A stretch of 64,000 nucleotides of DNA, taken from positions 1 to 64,000 of the forward strand of contig JAVJSW010000059.1 of assembly GCA_040219255.1 (NCBI GenBank). Reading direction: 5' to 3'. This stretch comes from Sumerlaeia bacterium (GTDB taxonomy: Bacteria; Sumerlaeota; Sumerlaeia; SLMS01; JAHLLQ01). A program made the position numbers and the translations under genes. Under the pieces are notes generated by a model. It was not told where the DNA came from. It did not search any database and saw only the letters and a program-made list of their open reading frames with translations. Within the stretch, counting starts at the first letter, position 1, and the number at the start of each line of letters is the position of its first letter. Positions 59,068-64,000 of the stretch are shown here, piece after piece.

Positions 59068-60204
59068 CTACTTAGGATTCGAGAAGAGGTTCAGATATGG
59101 GGCATAGGAATAGACTCGATTTCTCTTCTGGTTATTGATTTCAGTCAGTAAGCCAAGGGATTCCAAGTCTTTGACAAGCTTGTTCGCGGTCACGTAAGCG
59201 CAACCTATGGCTGCTTGCAGCGTTCGAATCGTCGTGATGGGGTGAGTGAACAAGTGGTCCAGAACCCGCGTGGCGTAGAGGTGGCTCGGTAGCTGTGAGT
59301 TCACGAGTTCCAAGTGGTGAGTTCTCAAGCTGATGATTTCTTGAGTCTTGCCGACAGCTTCCGTTCCGACTTCGATGACGCCTCGCAGAAAGTAATCGAT
59401 CCAGCCTTCCCAATCACCCTTCTGCCGAATCGCCATCAGGCGGTCGTAATACTCCTGACGGTTGCGCTTGAAAAAGTGCGACAGATAAAGGACCGGGCGC
59501 TGAAGCACTCCCCTCTCGCAGAGCAAGAGCGTGATCAACAGGCGGCCGACTCTTCCGTTTCCATCAAGGAAGGGGTGGATCGTCTCGAACTGTGCGTGCG
59601 CCAATCCGGCGTGGATAAGTACCGGAAGCTCCTTGTCGTGGAGAAACTTCTCCAAATCCCCCATGGCTTCCACCATGACTGGCACTGTGGGGGGAACGAA
59701 GGCGGCGGAACGGATGTCCGCACCCGCTGGGCCGATCCAGTTCTGAATTCTCCGAAACTGCCCCGGCGTCGAATTCTGACCTCTGCCGGATTTCAACAGG
59801 ACCCCGTGGATTTCACACAGAAGACGATTGGAGGGAGGAAGCCGGCTGAGATTCTCCAGCCCGTAATTCATCGCGCCGACGTAGTTCACCACCTCTTCCA
59901 CATCGAGCAATCCATGACCTCCGCCCGTGGTCGCTTCAAAGCGCAACACGTCTTCCAGCGTACTCTGTGTTCCCTCGATTTGCGATGACAGCACGGCCTC
60001 TTGCCTCACGTACATCCCGACAAAAAGGTCCGGGTTGGGAAGCACTTCGGTGATCATGTCCAGTCTGCCGACGACTCGATCCGCTTTCGAAAGTTTCCCC
60101 AGGATCTCCGATGTCAGCCCCAGCGCGGGTTCGGGCGGCAGAGCGGCGGGCACGAAGGACTCGTACCCGCCCGGTTGTTTTGCAAAATGGCCACTTCGCG
60201 ACAT
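59068..60204 (-). CDS. Fic family protein (class II-like, C-terminal winged HTH)
   Basis: 'HPFLDGNGRVGR'; N-terminal inhibitory 'SSQIEG'; lower GC than its flanks. Confidence 0.93.
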   Translation of the reverse strand: MSRSGHFAKQPGGYESFVPAALPPEPALGLTSEILGKLSKADRVVGRLDMITEVLPNPDLFVGMYVRQEAVLSSQIEGTQSTLEDVLRFEATTGGGHGLLDVEEVVNYVGAMNYGLENLSRLPPSNRLLCEIHGVLLKSGRGQNSTPGQFRRIQNWIGPAGADIRSAAFVPPTVPVMVEAMGDLEKFLHDKELPVLIHAGLAHAQFETIHPFLDGNGRVGRLLITLLLCERGVLQRPVLYLSHFFKRNRQEYYDRLMAIRQKGDWEGWIDYFLRGVIEVGTEAVGKTQEIISLRTHHLELVNSQLPSHLYATRVLDHLFTHPITTIRTLQAAIGCAYVTANKLVKDLESLGLLTEINNQKRNRVYSYAPYLNLFSNPK

Positions 60205-60224
60205 AAGCGGTGCGGGACTCCTCC

Positions 60225-60303
60225 CTTATTACAGCCGGGCGTAATAAGAAGCGAAATCACCAGGCCTTATTACGCCAAAACGAGGTTCGCTGAAATAAGA
60301 AGG
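60225..60303. promoter_or_regulatory. CTTATTACGCC direct and inverted repeat cluster between fic and asnS
   Basis: 60225-60236 cttattacagcc; 60238-60248 ggcgtaataag; 60266-60276 cttattacgcc; aataagaag occurs twice. Confidence 0.55.
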
Positions 60304-60431
60304 GATCCGCAAGCCTTTCCCTTCCCCTCCTCGCCGGGCTTGCTGGTATGCCGCTGGCATTGCTAGACTCCGCGCGTCTCGCACGGAGCGGGACACGCCG
60401 TCCACTTCCCACGCCAAAGTCTGATGCTCCC

Positions 60432-61847
60432 ATGAACCCCATTCCGCCCAACCAACGCCTCAAAGCCCTCCTCCAGTCCACCGCCCCCGGCACCCGCGTC
60501 ACCGTGCGCGGGTGGGTCAAGACCCGCCGCGACTCCAAAGCCGGGCTCTCCTTCGTGCAGATCAACGACGGCTCCTGCTTCGCCGATTTGCAGATCGTCG
60601 CCCCGGCGAACCTGCCCAACTACGAGAGCGACGTCTTGCGCCTCGTCACCGGCTGCTGCGTCGAAGCCGACGGCGAACTCGTCGAATCCCAAGGAAAAGG
60701 CCAGAACGTCGAACTCCACGCCACTGCCATCCGAGTCCTGGGGTGGGTCGAGGACCCGGAGACCTATCCGCTCCAGAAAAAGCGCCACACCCTCGAACAC
60801 CTGCGCGAGGTCGCCCACCTGCGCCCCCGCAGCAACACCATCGGAGCGGCCGCCCGCGTGCGAAACTGCCTGGCCTACGCGACGCACCGCTTCTTCCAGG
60901 AGCGCGGCTTCCTCTATCTTCATTCGCCCATTATCACCGCCTCGGACTGCGAAGGCGCCGGCGAAATGTTCCAGGTCACGACGCTGGACCTGGCCAACGC
61001 GCCCCGCAGCGAAGGCGGCGCCATCGATTACGCTCGCGATTTCTTCGGCCGCCAGGCCCACCTCACCGTCAGCGGCCAGCTCGCTGGGGAAACCTACGCC
61101 TGCGCCCTGACCAACATCTACACCTTCGGCCCCACCTTCCGCGCCGAAAACAGTCACACCAGCCGCCACCTCGCCGAGTTCTGGATGATCGAACCGGAAA
61201 TGGCCTTCTGCGATCTTCAGGGCGATGCCGACCTGGCGGAGGATTTCCTCAAGGCCCTCCTCCGCGCCGCCCTCGAGGAATGCCCCGAAGACCTCGCCTT
61301 CTTCAACCAGCTCTACGACAAGACCCTCATCGAAACCCTCGAGCACATCGTCGCCTCGCCCTTCGAACGCATCACCTACACGGAGGCCGTCGCGCTCTTG
61401 AATAACGTCCCGAAGAGCGTCCAATTCGAGTATCCGCCCCACTGGGGCGCGGACTTGCAGAGCGAGCACGAACGCTACCTGACCGAGCAGCATTTCCGCC
61501 GGCCCGCCATCGTGACCGATTACCCCAAGGAGATCAAAGCCTTCTACATGCGCGGCAACGACGACGGCCGCACCGTGGCGGCGATGGACGTCCTGGTGCC
61601 GAAGGTGGGCGAGATTATCGGCGGCAGCCAACGCGAGGAACGGCGCGACGTGCTCGAAGCGCGACTTGCCGAGTTGGGCCTCAACGCCGCCGACTACTGG
61701 TGGTACCTGGACCTGCGGCGCTACGGAACGGTGCCCCACGCGGGGTTCGGATTGGGTTTCGAAAGAGCGGTCCAATTCACAACGGGGCTCGGAAATATCC
61801 GCGATGTCATTCCCTTTCCGCGAGCCGCGGGAAGCGCGGAGTTTTAG
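60432..61847 (+). CDS. asnS: asparagine--tRNA ligase
   Basis: 'INDGSC'; 'EGAGEMF'; 'LTVSGQL'; '[23 protein letters not shown]'; '[11 protein letters not shown]'. Confidence 0.97.
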   Translation: MNPIPPNQRLKALLQSTAPGTRVTVRGWVKTRRDSKAGLSFVQINDGSCFADLQIVAPANLPNYESDVLRLVTGCCVEADGELVESQGKGQNVELHATAIRVLGWVEDPETYPLQKKRHTLEHLREVAHLRPRSNTIGAAARVRNCLAYATHRFFQERGFLYLHSPIITASDCEGAGEMFQVTTLDLANAPRSEGGAIDYARDFFGRQAHLTVSGQLAGETYACALTNIYTFGPTFRAENSHTSRHLAEFWMIEPEMAFCDLQGDADLAEDFLKALLRAALEECPEDLAFFNQLYDKTLIETLEHIVASPFERITYTEAVALLNNVPKSVQFEYPPHWGADLQSEHERYLTEQHFRRPAIVTDYPKEIKAFYMRGNDDGRTVAAMDVLVPKVGEIIGGSQREERRDVLEARLAELGLNAADYWWYLDLRRYGTVPHAGFGLGFERAVQFTTGLGNIRDVIPFPRAAGSAEF

Positions 61848-62039
61848 AGGTCTATATGACACGTAATTATCGAATTCTGAGTCGTTTGGATCGCAAGACG
61901 GCGATTGGGATCGCTTCAAAAATTTGCGAAAAAAAAGCGGACATAACGAACGTTTCCTTACAAATTCCTGAAACCATTCGACTTTGGACCGCGAAAACGA
62001 AACTTTTCCTTTGCATGAACGAAAAGAACCTGCAAGCCT

Positions 62040-62062
62040 TGCTATAATTTCCATGCAAGGAG
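62040..62062 (+). promoter_or_regulatory. extended -10 promoter and RBS of the prepilin gene
   Basis: TGcTATAAT at 62040-62048; AAGGAG at 62057-62062; AT-rich upstream DNA. Confidence 0.6.
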
Positions 62063-62075
62063 TTGCCATCCCCAC

Positions 62076-62786
62076 ATGCAACGAAGCAAAGCATTTACTC
62101 TGATCGAGCTGCTGATCGTCGTCGCGATCATCGCCATCCTCGCGGCCATTGCCGTCCCCAACTTCCTCGAAGCCCAGGTCCGTTCGAAAGTCAGCCGCGT
62201 GAAGTCCGACATTCGTTCGCTGGCCACCGCCATCGAAGCCTACGCCGTCGATCACAACAACGTGCCCCCCGGCTCCGGCGAACACCCCACCAACCCCCCC
62301 AACACCCCCGGTGGCAACGTCGTCATCGATGGCGTCGTTCTCACCGGAACGCTCGGCCCATGGATCACCACGCCCATCGCCTACTTCACCAAGTGGGATA
62401 TTCAGGACCCCTTCATCCCCGCCGGAGCCCCCGCCGATACCCGCACCTTCACCTACCAGACCTACACTTGGCGCTGGGCCAAGGTGAAGAACTCCGCAGG
62501 CGTTTTCAGCCGTCCCGACACCGCCGCCATCGGCTTCAATGAAGGCGCCGCCCTCAACGGCGAGTGGTTCAAGCGTTTCTACGGCAGCTACCGTCTGCTG
62601 TCCCTCGGGCCGGACCAGAGTTTCAGCAACAATCCCGCCATTACAGCCCCAGGTGGCGTTGGGCCCGGCAACATCGGCCTGCCCTACGATGCGACCAACG
62701 GCACCGTGAGTTTTGGCAATATCCTCCGTTCCCAATCCGAGTCCGAGCAGAAGTCTTTCAACGGCAATTACCCGGCCCTGCCGTAG
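62076..62786 (+). CDS. prepilin-type N-terminal cleavage/methylation protein (GspG-like pseudopilin)
   Basis: 'KAFTLIELLIVVAIIAILAAIAVPNF'; 'DPF'; 'LLSLGPD'; 'YDATNGTVS.G'. Confidence 0.92.
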   Translation: MQRSKAFTLIELLIVVAIIAILAAIAVPNFLEAQVRSKVSRVKSDIRSLATAIEAYAVDHNNVPPGSGEHPTNPPNTPGGNVVIDGVVLTGTLGPWITTPIAYFTKWDIQDPFIPAGAPADTRTFTYQTYTWRWAKVKNSAGVFSRPDTAAIGFNEGAALNGEWFKRFYGSYRLLSLGPDQSFSNNPAITAPGGVGPGNIGLPYDATNGTVSFGNILRSQSESEQKSFNGNYPALP

Positions 62787-62815
62787 CCTGACCTGAACGA
62801 CCGATCAAGACACCA

Positions 62816-62850
62816 GCCCCCGGACCTTTTCGTTCGGGGGCCTTTTTTTT
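62816..62850 (+). terminator. intrinsic terminator
   Basis: gcccccggac-cttttc-gttcgggggc followed by c and T8. Confidence 0.85.
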
Positions 62851-62978
62851 GAAGCCGGCAGGATTGAACCGCCCAGACCCGCGCCACTTCCGGGAACCAG
62901 AGTTGACACCCGCGCGACGAATCTCCTCCCCTGTCGGCCAGATAATTTATCGACTACGGAAAGCGGGAAACGCCAGGA

Positions 62979-64000
62979 ATGCTCGATTTGTTGGTCAAGG
63001 GAGCCACCATTGTCACCGATGGGGTGGAATTTCGCGCCGACCTCGGCGTCAGCAACGGGCGCGTTTCGCACCTCGGCTCTCTGTCCGAAGACAGCGCCTC
63101 CGAGGTCATCGATGCCTCCGGCAAGGTGCTCCTTCCGGGATTCGTCGAGCTCGCCGTTTCTCCCCTCGAGGACGCCCCCTACGCCCCCGCCGCCCCGGGC
63201 CAGGATCTTGCCGCTCTCACCGCCCAGGCCGCCCTCGGCGGCGTCACCAGCCTCATCGTGGCCCGGGCCTGGAACGCCTCCCGCCCCTTCGCCGACGAAC
63301 TGGCCGAGGTCCGCGAGCGCGACGCCGCCCGCGCCGCCGTCGATTTCGGCTATCACTACTTCATTTCCGACTGGTCTGCCGACCGCCGCCGGCATCTGCG
63401 CCTCGCCCTCACCGCCGGCGTCCCCTCCGTCTGGATCCCCCGGGCCGGCGTCGAGGCCGCCCCCGCGGCCGCCCTCCACTACGCCGTGCTGCGCGATCTT
63501 CCCGCCAACTGTCTCGCCGTGACCACGCTCTCCGATCCCGGCCTCGAGGCCTTCCTGCGCTCCGAACTCAAGGCCAACGGCCAGCTCGCCGCCGCCCATC
63601 ACGGAGCCATCTTTCCCGAATGGCTCGAAACGGAAGCCCTCCGCCGGCTCGACGCCGTCGCCCGGGGTGCTCGCGCCCGCCTCCTCGTCGCCGGTCTCAC
63701 CTGTCCCCGCTCCCTCGCCGAATTCGCCGCCCTGCGCGATGCCAACGGCGTCCTCTGCGGCGCCGCCTCCCTCGCTCACTTGTGCTTCAATCTCGATCAG
63801 ATGGAGGAGGAAACGACCCCCCGCCTGCCTTTCGCCTGGCCTCCCCTTCGGCCCCGCTCCGCCCAGCAGGCTCTCTGGAACGCCCTCGACGACGGCCTTC
63901 TCCAGGTCGCCACCTCGCTCCACCGCCCAGTCGCCGCCTCGGCCTACGCGGCGTCCCTCAAAGACGCCAGCACCGCCCTCGATGGCTCCTCCGCCCTTCC
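62979..64000 (+). CDS. dihydropyrimidinase/dihydroorotase-like protein lacking metal ligands; runs off the window end
   Basis: manually translated: 'MLDLLVKGATIVT..RADLGV.NG....IDASGKVLLPGFVE', 'AALGGVTS', 'AVDFGYH', 'WPPLR....QQALW.AL.DG'; absent from the ORF track because no stop is reached. Confidence 0.85.
   Translation, partial: MLDLLVKGATIVTDGVEFRADLGVSNGRVSHLGSLSEDSASEVIDASGKVLLPGFVELAVSPLEDAPYAPAAPGQDLAALTAQAALGGVTSLIVARAWNASRPFADELAEVRERDAARAAVDFGYHYFISDWSADRRRHLRLALTAGVPSVWIPRAGVEAAPAAALHYAVLRDLPANCLAVTTLSDPGLEAFLRSELKANGQLAAAHHGAIFPEWLETEALRRLDAVARGARARLLVAGLTCPRSLAEFAALRDANGVLCGAASLAHLCFNLDQMEEETTPRLPFAWPPLRPRSAQQALWNALDDGLLQVATSLHRPVAASAYAASLKDASTALDGSSAL

Overview
GC-rich, gene-dense bacterial chromosomal window with about 55 CDS and no rRNA, tRNA, CRISPR array or classical IS recognised. 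The protein styles (prepilin 'FTLIELLIVVAIIAILAAIAVPNFLEAQVRSK', Pro/Thr linker plus dockerin-like tail, secreted proteins ending in a W-Q-hydrophobic tail) suggest a Sumerlaeota/BRC1-like lineage; this is inference only. Housekeeping genes: ileS, asnS, uvrD/pcrA, rsmB, psd-pssA, PNP, suhB, cyclophilin, DksA-like. Accessory content: a MoxR-vWA operon, exeA/exeB, a TPR protein-Ser/Thr kinase pair, tandem ankyrin genes, Fic, and several secreted proteins. Best candidate for an undescribed system: a GxxExxY (PD-(D/E)xK-type) gene enclosed by a 28-bp near-perfect inverted repeat, plus four gene-less hairpin elements of the same design, all sitting at gene boundaries. Other leads: a cobalamin riboswitch ahead of a MesB/MetE-like, PduO, BFD-ferredoxin operon; an unassigned structured RNA before exeA; a FecR-pseudopilin fusion; and a dihydropyrimidinase homologue lacking its metal ligands. 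All family assignments come from motif recognition by eye, not from database searches.
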